This document shows, in pieces, positions 1-12,577 of a stretch of DNA of 64,000 nt; position 1 is the first letter of the stretch, and every line of letters starts with the position of its first letter. The position numbers were made by a program, and so were the translations under genes. A model generated the notes under the pieces. That model saw only the letters and a program-made list of their open reading frames with translations. It was not told the origin of the DNA and did no database searches. The stretch spans positions 62,001 through 126,000 of the forward strand of contig FLMG01000265.1 of the NCBI GenBank assembly GCA_900088475.1, written 5' to 3'. The stretch is from Hyphochytrium catenoides. Lineage: Eukaryota > Protista > Hyphochytriomycota.

Positions 1-3000
1 ACCAGTAACGGCTCTCTGCCCGTCAAGGTGCCATCGCTTGAAGTCTCCAAACTTCATGTGATGAAGTGTTCTTCCGTCCAGGCTCCAAGGTGGCTGGAAG
101 ATTGGATTGCGTCTCTAATAAAAGAAAGGAGACATATCCTGGAAAGTCGGTCACTGTGCGTGCCTCATTGGCTGCGCTGTCCTTATCGAGGAAAGGAGTA
201 GTATCGGTAGCCACGACATCAACTACCCTTACTTCAGGGGAAGGCTCTACAGATTGGAAGCTCTATCTCCAAGGTGGAGACTGCCTGCGATACAGCCAGG
301 TGCCATGCCCGGTGCGACAAAGTATTGGCTATACCTGATTACTCGTCCTGCACAACAGCCGCTTCCTGTTAGTAGTGTGCTCTCGGATAGCTAGGGCTTC
401 CCTTTTCCTTCTTGTAGCATGGTGGTAGCTGATTCATTCCCTGCTCTTTTTTCTTTCCCATTTGCTTTGTTTACTAGCTTCGGCAGTCATTGCTGTCTAG
501 ATGGGTGCTTCATGGCGGGAATGGCAATCCCATGTCGTCAACGGACTTGTAGGTGTAAACTCCACCTGCGTCTTCTCAGGTATATGAGAGATGCCAATGG
601 TGAGGTCGTACAACCGCTTCATCAGCAACTCGTCTTTCCTGCTGAAGCAGTTCAGTCGTAAGTTATTGAATTCCTTTGGCTACCGTTCGATGTCCCTTCT
701 GCAAGGCTGCATCAACGAGAGCTGTCGCCTAGACGGCTCTTCAAGGAGGTGGCACTCGAGTTACTTCAGCAGGTAGCGCGCTTACTTCGCATCACTGATG
801 CTCGGCTCCTTTGTTCGCTCGGAATGGAAGCCACGCACTGGCTCAGCTTTGTCCTTACGGTAGCTCGAGGCGACCGTACTTCTAGTGACCCCATCCAGAT
901 CGCCTTGAAAAAAGAGAAACTTATCCATAGCCCTTACCCATTGAATAGTGAATCAACGTCGTCAAATTCTAGAGTGCCGAGGCAGGCCTAATCCGTTGCG
1001 GAGCAATTGTCATCTCTGCCCCCTTCTGATTCCGAAGCGTCACTCTGGCAGCCCCCGTCGTCCGGATTGACAATTCCATGCGGTTTGGCAAGTGATCTCA
1101 TTTCACGAACTGTGTGGGGCAGCAAGCGGTGGGCGATCAGCATCATACTGAAAACCCTGCTGCTTCCGAGCTGCAGCTGGTGTGAAAAAATCCACCCAAC
1201 GTGCCTTAGTGGTTAGATTCTTGTTTCGTCATCTTCCATACCCTTCTTCTCGGTGGGCTTTCAACAAGACCAGCAGGGTCTTTGTAGTGGTCGGACCGGT
1301 GAAGATGCTGCCGCCATCTCTCTGAGTTTATCCGCGACAATAAGAGACTTGGGATCCTCAAGTTCGGCAGCATTCGCCTGAAGTTGATCCTGACGACCGC
1401 TCAGGATCCTAGTGAGTGTCTTACTCTGGCTTTCCAATTGTGCAGTCTGGTGGCCCAGAGCCGTCATTCGGGCAGCTCTGACCGGTGACTGTGTGTAAAG
1501 CAGGCGGCAGCGCGGATTAGAGCTGGGATGGGTTCGATTGATCAAGTCGGCACTATAGTAGAGACCGAGGACTAATAGTTATCGGCCCGACAAGCTTGCA
1601 ACAACAACGACGTCAAGGGACCCCAGAAAGGTGGTTTCACAATGGAAGCCAACAACAGGAGGACCCTTGAAGAGATCGCCAGGCTTCAGTATAGACAAGC
1701 ACCACGCACAAGCGCGGCAGAGAAAGACTTTGCGGAAGGAGCGCGCACAGCAAGTGGCAATATAACTTCCATCTTGACAGAGGAGGTTATTGAACATAAG
1801 AGTTGAGGAAAGAGTCCCCCTTGCGCGAGAGAGTGTCTACCTGGGAATGCAAAGAAGGAAATTGAAACATGCAGGAAAAATTGAAGGATCAAGCAAGAGG
1901 CTATCCTAAGATCATGATGTACTGAGGAAGAAGAGAGCAGCAGAAGAAATAAAGAAGGGTAAGGAAAGAGGAACATCGTTCATCAGAGCCATTCGTTCAC
2001 TCTTTTTAATCGAACTACCCGTCCTACTGAGAAACCCTCAGAGGGCTTCATCCCCACACACTCGCCGATCCTCATCCAGCTCTGAGTCAAGTGCTCACTT
2101 GTTGTTGTCCTGATCAGTAGGCAAAAAATACAGCATGATGCTTTGCTGCTGTTTCTTACTTCTTCCTTATTAGCTTTTGTTCAAGAATAGTAAGATCTTC
2201 TACTGCTACTGCTGTTGGAGGACGAGAAATGTCAAGAGATTGTTAATCTTTATTCAACCTAATGCAAACGCTACTAACAAGTGCCACAAGTTGTGAGCCA
2301 TTAGCCGCGTCGCATCATCACCATCAAGAGCATTGAGGAACCTTCATTGTTCAGCCATAAGTGTTGCCTTCCTTTCAGACACCTTCTTCTTCTTCACCAT
2401 GGATTTTTGTTTTGCAGTTCAGGCTCCTTCGCATGGAAAGAGCAGAAGAGTCGCCACCTTTTCCTTTCTACTGAACGACGACGCTAGGTTCTTCATAACA
2501 TGTCGTGAACGCTCGTCTTATTATTCCCTCTTCTTCGCTCTTTGCCCCTCAAACTGTTTACAATCCTAGGAGCTGCTACTACGACGTCAAAAAGCCGTGG
2601 TGCTTGTGACAGCAGCTGTAGATTAAATCGCAGCAGAGGATCAGACGACAGAAGAAGAGGCACATCAAGCTACAACCCCGCATATCCGAGATGATCGTCA
2701 TGACCGACAACCCGACCGAGTGAGGGGACAAGCTGTAGAGATTAAAGAAAGATCGGCTCTCCTCCGCTGATGAGCGCCAGGTGTTACTACGACTGTCGCA
2801 CAATAAGGATGCCCCCTTCTCCTGTTAAGAAGAAGAAGAATCCACCACATCTCTCATAAAATAGAGTTACAGCTGGAACCTCTGTGCAGCAGTAGCGCCA
2901 CTTAGAATCCATGAAGTGCCATCTTCCTTTGTTGTTTGCTCTTCCTAAGTTGCCCGTTCTTGTTGTTTGTTATCTTGTTGTTATCTCTCCCACCACAACG

Positions 3001-3155
3001 TCACCATGTCAGCTGAGAATAATATTATTAGTATTGCAGAAAGTGGTAGAGGCGTTCTTCACCAACGACTAGCTCTCGTTCCACTCTCCTGCTGCCTTTT
3101 CCCTTTGTCGGCGGTCGCTCCGAGGGAATAGATGCAAGTGAGAAAGGCAGTCTAA

Positions 3156-3512
3156 GCTCGATAGTAACTTTAGACATAGCCGCTGACCCGCCGATGTAGG
3201 AAATAAATGAAGAAATGACTCACAAGCCTCTCTTGGCAGGGCAGTAGTCTTGGTCTCTGGAGGATGGAAGGCAGTGGTCCGGAGGCGGAGGAGCGAGGAG
3301 ATGCTGTCCTGAAGTTGTCAAGTGTCCGTTCGATAGACGGAACAATAGCCGTTTTCGTAATATATGGTATAACAGTCCTGAATATGCCGCTCTGCAAGGG
3401 TTCTATCCGGAATAAGGGCAGAAACGAGAAGTGTATACTTGAGCGTAACGCCCATGTCACCGTATATGCATCTGTCGATGCTCGATAGTAACTTTAGACA
3501 TAGCTGCTGACC
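3156..3512 (+). repeat. 33-bp direct repeat pair (3156-3188 and 3480-3512, 1 mismatch)
   Basis: gctcgatagtaactttagacatagc[c/t]gctgacc occurs twice, 324 bp apart. Confidence 0.9.
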
Positions 3513-3785
3513 AGGAAGGACGAAGACTGCTCGTAAAGTCCATGAAGAAGGAATCAGCTCAGACCGAGAGACCACAGTTGCAGATTCTTCTGTCCATGAC
3601 ATAGATGGTTTTACACGACCCACTGGAAAGCCGTGAAGGAGACGCCCACTCTGTTCGTGCACCACTCGTACAGTGCCATTCGTCTCCCGCCCCACCTAAA
3701 GGGCTGCTGGGTGCGTTTAACCCTCTTGATCAGAGTATTTTCAGATTGTCTCTCCACTCTGAAAGCCTCACTCTATCGGGCCAAG

Positions 3786-4781
3786 ATGTTGGTTCGAGAG
3801 AGAGCTAACAGCAATCAGAACCGCCGTCAAACCACATTTATTGCCAAAGGCACTGTTTCAAGACTAATCGACAAGTTCAACTCTACGAACCCAGACTCTG
3901 AATGGATCGCCCAAGAGCAAGTTTCAAGGATCTATGATGTCCATCCATCTGCATCCAGGCCCCAAGTCGTGACCTTCGAAGCTCTATCTCGCATGGTTTC
4001 AAAATGGCAGAAGCTCTCTTCTATCGTAAAGAAAAGGAGAAATCTTCGCTATCCTTTGTCAGAAGACAGCGTTACCTTAGAAGTTATAGAAGAGAGTCAG
4101 CTTTATCATGGCTCAGANNNNNNNNNNNNNNGAGCACAAGTGATAAGCAGACACAAGAATGCAGCAGTAAGCAGACCCAGCCGGAGCTTGTGGACCAATT
4201 GTTGAAGCCCTACGACTCTTACATCAAAGAAGTCTCGGAAGAGAGTCAAGTGTATGAACTCATGGTCACTGATGATGCTCTGAAAGTTGGGCTGTGCGAA
4301 ACCGAGGCGCTGCTTCGTTACCGAGTGGTTGATGCCTTCACCTTCCACAAACTGAAGTCGATGGTTGAGAAGAGCTTCATGTTCATGCTGAAGCTGGACT
4401 CGCTAGCGAAGGAACATAACACCTTACAAGGGACAATCTTTCAGGAAGTCCTGGCAAGCCTCTCGAGCGGCAGCAAAGGAAAGGGAAGACGGTCGGTGCG
4501 GGTACCGGGCAGAGTGCAACTCCCACCCGCTTTGATGGTAGAGCTTCGAACCTCCGTCGAGGAGCTTATCAGTCTCGTGCGGATCAAGGTTGAAGATGAC
4601 AAAGACATTGCTCTAGCGAGGAACGCTTTGAAAGAGTGTTTGGTAATCCTAGATGGCGTTATAAGCTATGCCAAGAGAGACAACCTTGACATCTACACGG
4701 CTGTGCAGATTCTCCGTAGGTGGTGAGTATCCTATTCTGTGCGTCTCTCTTAACTCTGGACGCAGAGATGGGTGCTTGTAA
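3786..4781 (+). CDS. Hypothetical helical protein interrupted by an N gap; C-terminus resembles a divergent histone fold
   Basis: Open frames on both sides of the gap (3633-4117 frame, then 4132-4726 frame). A possible 46-nt intron 4720-4765 (AG|GTGGTG...gacgcag) gives the end QILRRDGCL*. Start and frame junction are uncertain. Confidence 0.5.
4118..4131. other. Assembly gap (14 N)
   Basis: Run of n. Confidence 1.
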
Positions 4782-4820
4782 TTAGAAAAATTGTCCGATG
4801 TGCCCTTCCTCGTTCTGGTC

Positions 4821-5446
4821 CTATTGCTCAGACTGCTCTATATCGTTGAGCTGCCCAAGGACATTTAAGAAGCTCTCCTCAGTCCGTGCAGCCTCCAATA
4901 GCATAGACAATAATTTCTCACTGTTGGTAGTGCCGGCGCAACGTTGATCTCCGAGAGCCAATTGCTGACTTGGAGCGCACTCCATCGCAGACTTATGTGA
5001 GAAGAGATCTTCCTCGAAAGTTTGCCCTGCGCTAGGTGAACAGGTTCTTCTGCCGCGGAGGACCTCAAACTTGAGCTTATTTAAGCCCATTTCCATCTCC
5101 TCAACCTCGGCTCTTATTCTATGCAGTCGTTGCTCGCGCATAGAAATGAAAGTGCGGACTAGATAGGTGTACTCCAAGGCCGCCTTGACATGATGAGCTA
5201 GTAATCCTTTGCGATGAGCATGGTCTGCATCATTGCCCTCGTCTTCAAGCGCATCCTTAATGTCGTTAATCAGTTCGCGAAGTCGGGAGAGCTCCTCCCA
5301 ATGATCAGTCCCTCCTCCCAAGTATGACAGCCCTTGCTTGGAGTCTGCCATGTGGAGGCCTTACAAGCAGCAGGAAAGCATCAAATAGAGGCTAAGAGAA
5401 CAGAGGTTATACCCGCACCCTGAAGGGGGTTCAAGCCTTGGTCCAT
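4821..5446 (-). CDS. Hypothetical coiled-coil protein (~190 aa)
   Basis: 176-aa ATG-started ORF 5351-4821 with heptad-like segments. A short upstream exon (ATG 5446, MDQGLNPLQ, G|GTGCGG donor, ttgtaag acceptor) splices in frame. Confidence 0.5.
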
Positions 5447-6922
5447 AGGTTTCCTGTAGCAGGCATATCATGCAGCAAGCGGGGACGGTGTAGAAGAGAA
5501 GCTTAGCGAAAGTTGTTTCCTGCGCAGCAGATCTTTAGGCAGGACGTACAAGAACAAACTCCTGGTCCGTCTGAGAGAATCTGGGCTTCGTCTGGACAGA
5601 TGACCGTCATCAATCTGACCTCACTGATCAATCGGTGTAAGAGCTTGTGTTGATAATGTGTGTTCAAGCCCAGCTAGTCATCGTAATAGGACCGCAAACG
5701 CCGAACTCACCTGTCATGCTTTGAACCCTGCGAACCCTTGTGGTTCCCAGAGTCATCAAGCAACTCTCACGCCTCCCAAGGCGAGTTGTCATTATCAACG
5801 GTGTCCACCGTCACATCACGCCAGTCGAGGATGGAAAGCCGGCTCGGTTTAGATCTGTGTCATGCAATGCTCAAACGACAGTCTTAATAGGTTGCTCGCA
5901 TAGCTGCGCTACTACTATCTATATCACCAAACGCGCTTACCGACTTGGAAGTAGGAGCGTTCTCGCTTGCTGCCAATCTTGAGGTGGTGGGCTAGCATGA
6001 AGCGATCTGCAGGTGATTCTCCGACCAGAGCCCCCAAGCCGCGCACTGGTCAGCTTGGCCTTCAGCATGTTCAGGAGCCTGAGGAGAAAGATGATAGCTC
6101 TTTGCTGGCAGAGGAACTGCTAGACGATCAAGACGATGAGATGGATAAGGATGGTAAGCTGCTGAGTGGTGATAACCTAGTCAATCATGGCTAACTTAAA
6201 AAGCAGGCCAGAGTCACGCGAATGGAGACCTTGCTTCGGAGGTAGGGAGACATCTGAAGAAACCAAAAATACTCTCTGGGTGGCTAAATCGAGAAAATCT
6301 ATGACGTAGGCATCGACGTGGCAGAGGAATGCAGGCTTAGGAGGCAAAGACGAGCTCACACTAAGAGTATGATATCACTTATTCCAGTCACCGCCATGAC
6401 TCTTTACAATCATTTGGTATGGTTCAGACTATCTCCCCTCCGCCAGAAGAGCTTCCTCCCCGGTTAAGAAGACTCTATAAGTACCTGCAGAGTCAGGATG
6501 AAGAAAGCGACTTGGACCAACAAGCGGAAGGTAATCAAGGCTAATATTGACACAGAGGGGGGGAATTGACCACCTCAAACGTCCCTTGCTTCAACCAGAT
6601 GTGTTCTTCATGGGAGACAAGCACTTGACTAAGCGCATATTTGAGTTCGAGAACCTGGCATTCCGACTTAGCCTGGATGAAGGTATTCTGTGCTGTCATC
6701 CTAAAGTGGTTCTGACCAACCTCTGACGCACTATCACTTAGCACGAGAGACGCAACGCGGACAGCTCCTGCACTTGATACCTAAGTCCGGAGGAACAAAC
6801 AATGGATCATGAGAGAAAGCTTAGCTTCTTTGCTTAAGGTTATCGCCATCGTCGGCATTATTTATAAGTAGGTACCACCTAGACACATAAATGTACAGGA
6901 ATCAAACGCCAGACGAGTAATA

Positions 6923-8164
6923 TCATAAGGTCTGGGCTGGGAGAGACAGAGTGTCAACGCATTCTTGAGGCAACGCATAGACCGCATTTATGCGTCTGTG
7001 CGCGGTGAAGTGGTTGCCTTGGTCAAAATAGCCTAGCAAGCTGAGACCCGCGATCCCAAAGAAGGTATGGAACACGTCGGCAACATTACCAGGCCGATCG
7101 GCTATACCCCCATCGTCAACGTCTTGACACTGCAGAATGAACTTGGTCTGCAGATAAGGATCGATCAGAGCCGCCCAACGCCGAGTATTACTGAATGATT
7201 TACCAGCTTGTCTTGGTCTATCCAATCCATAGTGCGGATGATTGAAAGGCAAGACAAAATCCACCAGCTGTAACACACATCCGCCTGCTTCTCAGGTCTT
7301 CCATTTAGACCTCCAGAATCACATTGCCTTTCGCACAGCCACCATCCTACATTATCCCTATCAATGATCTATGGAGCCTAAAGTTAGCGGCTTCCCAATG
7401 TCAAAAATATCAGCTTCGACTGACTTTATGGCATACCTCTAACCTGTTCAGAATGGCCAAGGCACCAATGCAACAGAACATCTGTGCTGCATGGGACTCC
7501 CCACCTACAGTTTCATCCTTTCAGCAATCCTTTCATTCAAACACACATGTCTCAGACCATGATTGCCCACCTGGTACCGCCCCAAAGCCTCCATCGAAAT
7601 TGCTGCAGGCCGCGATGAATCGTGCAGCACCATCTTCGTCAATGAGTGAGGAGTGTCCTAACAATGCCAAGCATGATACAGCGCAGTAGGTGAACTGCGT
7701 ATCAATGTGGCCCCACTCGTCTCCTGCAAACGATCCATCCTCTTGCTGTAAGTCCAGGTGGATGACTTAGTTGCAGAATAACAGCAGGTAAGGTTCACGG
7801 TATTCTTCTGTCGCACCTGCAGGGATGCCACGTATTGAGCTGTTTTCAGTTTATCTATCCTATCCAAGCTATTGCACATCACCAGTATCTGAACAGCAGA
7901 TAACGTGTAGAGCATGTGCGGGTCGTGATCCACGTTTCCCCCGAAGCCGCCATTTCCTTGACGACAGCTGAGCACCCATTCCACAATATCTTTCAGAGGC
8001 ATCTCGTTCTCTCTTCCCATCAGAAACATGGCTGTGAGACCCCAATACACGCCACTCATTCTAAGGTGCCCTGACACGACGTATTCAAAGGTCGTTTTGT
8101 CGTCTCCCAGAGTGCGAATGTACTTAGCATGCTTCTCCTCACAAAACTCAGGCGTTATACTCAT
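6923..8164 (-). CDS. RABGGTB: Rab geranylgeranyltransferase (type II) beta subunit, 5 exons
   Basis: Motifs [103 protein letters not shown]. Zn ligands D-x-C and H are intact. Four GT-AG introns keep the frame (first 7816-7746). Confidence 0.97.
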
Positions 8165-8727
8165 ACTGGCAGCCCCGGGCAAGCTATGTTGACTTCTACT
8201 TTGAGATCACAATCGTGGAGACCGGCTTCAGAGTGGTAAAGCAGGCTCGTTGGACACACTGAGCTGATGAGTAACTCTCGCGGTTTGAGCTTACACGGGC
8301 CCCATCATCCAAGCGAACGCTGGTACTTTGAAGAGCTTGAAGAGCAGAAAGAAGAGGGAAATCCAATCCTACAAAAATGCCTCCACCTTGTATGCAAAGC
8401 AGCTCCGAGGGGAGTCCTGGAGCGTTACTCCATATGACAGGAAAAGTCATGATCGGCAGCGCTGAAGGTTTTACTCGGCAGAGAATCAACATGCCACACC
8501 AAGCTTGATGCTCGCAATCTCTGTACGTGCGCCTCAAAGAGCTCGAGTGGTACAGTCCCACAGTCAACGAAGCAGGAATAGTTGACCTGCGCATGGCTAC
8601 CTGCAGCACACCATAACCAGTACGGTACTGGCATCCTTCCTGCACTGAGTGGTAGTCACGTTGTGAGCGGCCTTTGGCCTGACAACCAGTACGAAGTTCT
8701 CGCCGTGAGAAGTAGCAGAGAACCGCG

Positions 8728-9540
8728 ATGCAAAGGTACTTACAGCAGGTAAGAGCCGATAGAGCTTACACTTGTTCCAAAGAACTAGTATGACCCTCTG
8801 CGGCAGAGCACGGTGAGACGGATGATGCTGGAGGACAAAGAAGTCGGGAAGCTTCACAAAGATGTGCCGCGCTTGCTGAGTACGTAAGAATCCCTCACCC
8901 CTACTTGCTAGTGAACTCCAAGCGCTAACGGACAGGATACTCTTTCTTCCTATTCTTGTGTCCAACCTCATGCACAGCGAGGGGTTTGGAGCTTTTCCTA
9001 ATTGAGCTACTGGCCAGTGCACTAAACCAAGCCCGAAGAAGCGGTGCCGACGTCCTTGATGGTGCCACTATGTGTGTTTGGCTCAAGCACCTTCTGTTTT
9101 GCATTTTACTACCGTGGACTCTGGTGCTGACGCGGTCCGTCCAGCAAATCTGTGATAGATAGCGAATCGGAGTATGCATTCTTACGGGAGGCTTTGGCTC
9201 AATTCCCCACTGAGCAACTCAAGGCATCTCGTACTGGCAAGAGAAGCAAAGCAAAATCCGCATGTGACTCTTCAAAAAAGGGGAAGGAACACAAGCACTT
9301 AAAGCAGAAGAGTAGAGTGTCAGGGCTCAGGTGAGATGGAGTCAGACAATCCTGTATGCCGCCATTTCATTCACAGAAGTTACATGCTACGCTGCACATA
9401 GAGAGGTTGTGACATTGGCGGACGATCTTCTTCAAGAAGAAGCAGCGCGGCCAATGACAGAAACGTTAGGACGAGGATCACTTCACAAAACTCTGACAGA
9501 GGACGATAACTATGACTCTTTGTATTCTGAGGATGGCTAA
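8728..9540 (+). CDS. DRAP1: NC2-alpha / Dr1-associated corepressor (histone-fold), 5 exons
   Basis: Spliced product LRQSTVRRMMLEDKEVGKLHKDVPRLLTRGLELFLIELLASALNQARRSGADVLDGATIKSVIDSESEYAFLRE aligns with DRAP1/Bur6 (RIKKIMQ.DEEIGKV...VP..ISRALELFL...FDFL). Introns 8749-8788, 8880-8977, 9072-9144 and one starting at 9331. Basic then acidic tail. Confidence 0.85.
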
Positions 9541-9775
9541 GCCTCGAGATTGTAGTGGAATCATGACTAACTCCCCACTCAGTATAGCTCATGGACGTTG
9601 AAGGCCTACGCTACCAAGACAAACAACCAGGAGATGGCAGACTACGGCCTCCACGGGTTGCCTTATGTCGATAGTGGGACACCAAAGCTGACATCAACCT
9701 AGTGGCTGGTGGACTGAAGTGCAGCGGCACGGGACTCATACCTTAGACATCCGAATGCGTCTTTCATTGGACTTC

Positions 9776-9818
9776 AAGTCTTCATCGATAGCAGCATTGA
9801 AGTCTTCATCGATAACAG
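9776..9818 (+). repeat. Short tandem duplication, period 24
   Basis: aagtcttcatcgata[g/a]cag at 9776 and 9800, between two convergent 3' ends. Confidence 0.8.
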
Positions 9819-9913
9819 TACTACCGTATCCATAGTCCAAGAAGGGGCGGTTAGACTTAGGACGGCGTCATCGCAGCATAATATAAATACCGCTGGACGC
9901 CGGCCGGCTGCTC

Positions 9914-12577
9914 TTATACAAGCACAGGGTCAGTGGCTCGGCGCTTCCGAAGGCCCTCTCTTCCAGAGGTCTCACTCTCATGTCCTTTCCTCCTTGTCCC
10001 CCTTCGAACTTGAGGCTTAGGCTCATCAGCCGTCGTTTTATTAGCTACTTGTTGTAAGGACCCATGCGCTTTCCCGTCTTCTTCCGGTAGTTCGTGCCCG
10101 TGCACTCCCTCCACATCTTGAGAAGAAGATGGAGGCTTGGTAACCGCCCTCTTTGCCTGTTTCCTTGATCTGCTTAGAGTTTCTCCGATTTCCCCCTCTG
10201 GCACGTCGGAAAGTGGGCGCTTGCGTGGTCTTCCTGGCCCCCTCTTGGGCTTCGCCTCTTTAGACTTCGTCTCTTTAGGCTTCGCTTGGGCGTTCTTCGG
10301 TGGCCTTCCTCGCTTCTTCTTGTGCTGCCCAGCCGGACCATGGTCACCAACAGACTGTGCACCTTTCTTGCTAGACGCTTCATCCCCCTTCTTTGACCCA
10401 GCCATCTTCCGAGCTCCCTTTCTCTTTATTGACCTCCCAGATGCCACAATTCCCTTGGTAGTAGCAGCTGTAGAGATCGATTTCTTCTTGTATTTCGTAC
10501 CGACTTCATACTTTCGAGGTCGCCCGAGCTTCTTCTTTACAGTGACAATTTTGACATTTTCGTTAGCTATCCGTGGCCTGCCCAGCACAGTGTGGACCTC
10601 CAAGAGTTCATTCAGAGGAATGTGCTGGACCCGGATCAGCCCTGAGACCCCGGATGAGATGACGGTGTCTTTTGCAGTCCAGATGGTCCTGCAAAGGGTC
10701 GGATTCTTGTTTGGCTCTAATGGGGACAAAAAGACGTTCTCTCGGTTCAGAATAGGCTTGTTCCCTACTTGCAGAGGCCTAATGTTCATAGAGAGCTTTA
10801 GGTCCACGCCACTAGCCCTTCCGATGGCTGGGACCAGATCGAAGCCTAGCACTGAGGCATCGAGTTCCGCTCCATTATCCGCTAGAGGCAGAAGACGCAA
10901 TCTGCCGTCAGCTCCGCAGGATGAGATCACAGGCACCGAAACGACAGAAGGGTCTGAGACAATGGCTAAATCCCACACTGGCAGTGTGAGGACACTGTGC
11001 TCGTACAACCTGCTCGGCACAGACGTAATCAAGTCAAGAAAGACCACTGCATTCGCGAAACCCGTGAGAAATAAACCTTCGGCATGCGGAGCCCACGCTA
11101 CCTCAATCACCCCATCGCCAAGTATATCGTGTAGCTTATATTCTGCCAGAGGAGAGCGCGTATTGTCCCTATGCCATATCCGAACGCACCCGTCATTATG
11201 CCCAGAAACGAAAAGTTTTGCATGGTAAGGGCACCATGCGACAACTTGGGTCACGGTAATCCAAGGTCGCGACCTGTTGCAGGCTGACGATGCTGCTACA
11301 TACTGGCCTAAAGGGACAGAAGACACCTTTCCTACTTCAGATATTGTGGTCCAGAGCGTCACTGAACCATCAGTTCCGCCAAGAAGAAATTCGTTTGGGG
11401 AATCATAGCCCCAGCGGATGCAGTTGAACTTCGTGGAAGGTAGGGAGACAGTCTGGTAAGGTGGAAGCGCAGCAACAGTAACCTCTGCCCTGCTGATGGA
11501 CTCTTTCTCCCAATGCTTCTCCAAAAGGCTAACCGGAACGTCGAACAAGGCGACCGAGCCATTCAAATAGACAACCCCAAGAAGCCCCACGCTGTGAGCC
11601 CCACACACGAGATCGTTGGCCCACCGAATATCTAAAACATCTCCTAACGTCCCAATTGCACCTACCATCTGAGAGCCACCCTTCCCTTGGTCACACTGAT
11701 CCATGGAGGTCACTCTCCAGAACTGGATGAGGTTGGGGTCTTCTGAGTACTCTGTATCATATCTTCGCTCCCATGGAGCCGTAACGTCAACCGAAGGGCC
11801 TTGGTCTGAGTCTTTAGGGACGAAAGTCCCTACTGCGAGAAGCGTAGAGCCATCTATTTGACGAGGACATGCATCCATCGCCCAGACAGGGCCACCTGCA
11901 TTCATCACAACCCCAGATAGGCTCTTGTTATCTTTGTCGACGTCCTCGGTGTGGTACTGGCTCGCGAGCTCTATGCTTTGAAAGGGCAAAAGCTCAACAT
12001 TCCTCACTGGTCGCTGTATGGGATACCTGTCATCTTCTCCACCTTGTACCACCGCAAGATTGAAGTGTCGGGTCAGCTTTGTCTGGTCAGGCCACAGCGA
12101 TGCACTTGAATCCCCGTTACAGTTGTTAAGCCACTCCGGCAGTTGCATCGAGCTGAAGTTGTTTGAGGAAGCACAGGAAATCTTATCAATCCTCCGGGAG
12201 GCTAGCATGCCTGGTTGACGCTTCTGGAGCCCTGTTTTGAGCTCGTTCCTAAGGCGCTTCTTGACCTTCGAGTGAGTCCCAATAACTATTGAGCTATCTT
12301 TCTTTTTGGCCTCTTTGCGTGCCTCAATGAAGACCAAGATGCGAACGATCAAGCCCGACAGCTGAAACCCCAGTTCTCGAAGGTCCTTGTCATTCATCTC
12401 AAGTAAGCGATTCAAAGTGACCTAGCGCACCACCGTTAGTCTCTGCAAGAGATTACCAATTAGGAAGGGGTTCGTCAGCTCTTTTACCTCTTTACTGACC
12501 AAGAAATCATACAAAAAGTGCATGTTCTCAGCCCGAAGAGCCTCGAGAAGAGGCCGATAGGTGGCGTTAACTGGCAT
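9914..12577 (-). CDS. TFIIIC beta subunit (GTF3C2/Tfc6)-like WD40 protein with N-terminal SAM-like domain and C-terminal AT-hooks
   Basis: GGPVWAMDACP...LLAVG (GTF3C2-family WD40 start), further WD40 repeats, and AT-hooks KLGRPRK, KRGRPPK, GPGRPRKR. Exon 1 (ATG 12577, intron 12487-12422) gives LYDFLVSKEVTLNRLLEMNDKDLRELGFQLSGLIVRIL, a SAM pattern. Confidence 0.75.

Noticed and set aside
1-3100. Stop-riddled coding-like sequence, possibly a retroelement relic (e.g. KEFNNLRL on the minus strand)
   Set aside because: No RT, RNase H, integrase, intact knuckle or LTR pair recognisable; needs a tBLASTx/RepeatMasker search.
5650-6800. Pseudogene-like + strand fragments including an acidic patch
   Set aside because: Multiple stops, no consistent splice model and no recognisable family.
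8425-8634. LELFEAHVQRLRAS resembling a class IV aminotransferase motif
   Set aside because: Short ORF inside the divergent promoter; no PLP-lysine or other family motifs and no convincing splice continuation.
9590-9720. Ankyrin-like fragment (YATKTNNQEMADY...ADIN)
   Set aside because: Needs a frameshift, is a single partial repeat and lies in 3' UTR space; probably chance.
10137-11228. 363-aa + strand ORF
   Set aside because: Antisense shadow of the WD40/AT-hook gene; non-ATG start and F/L/S-rich mirror composition.
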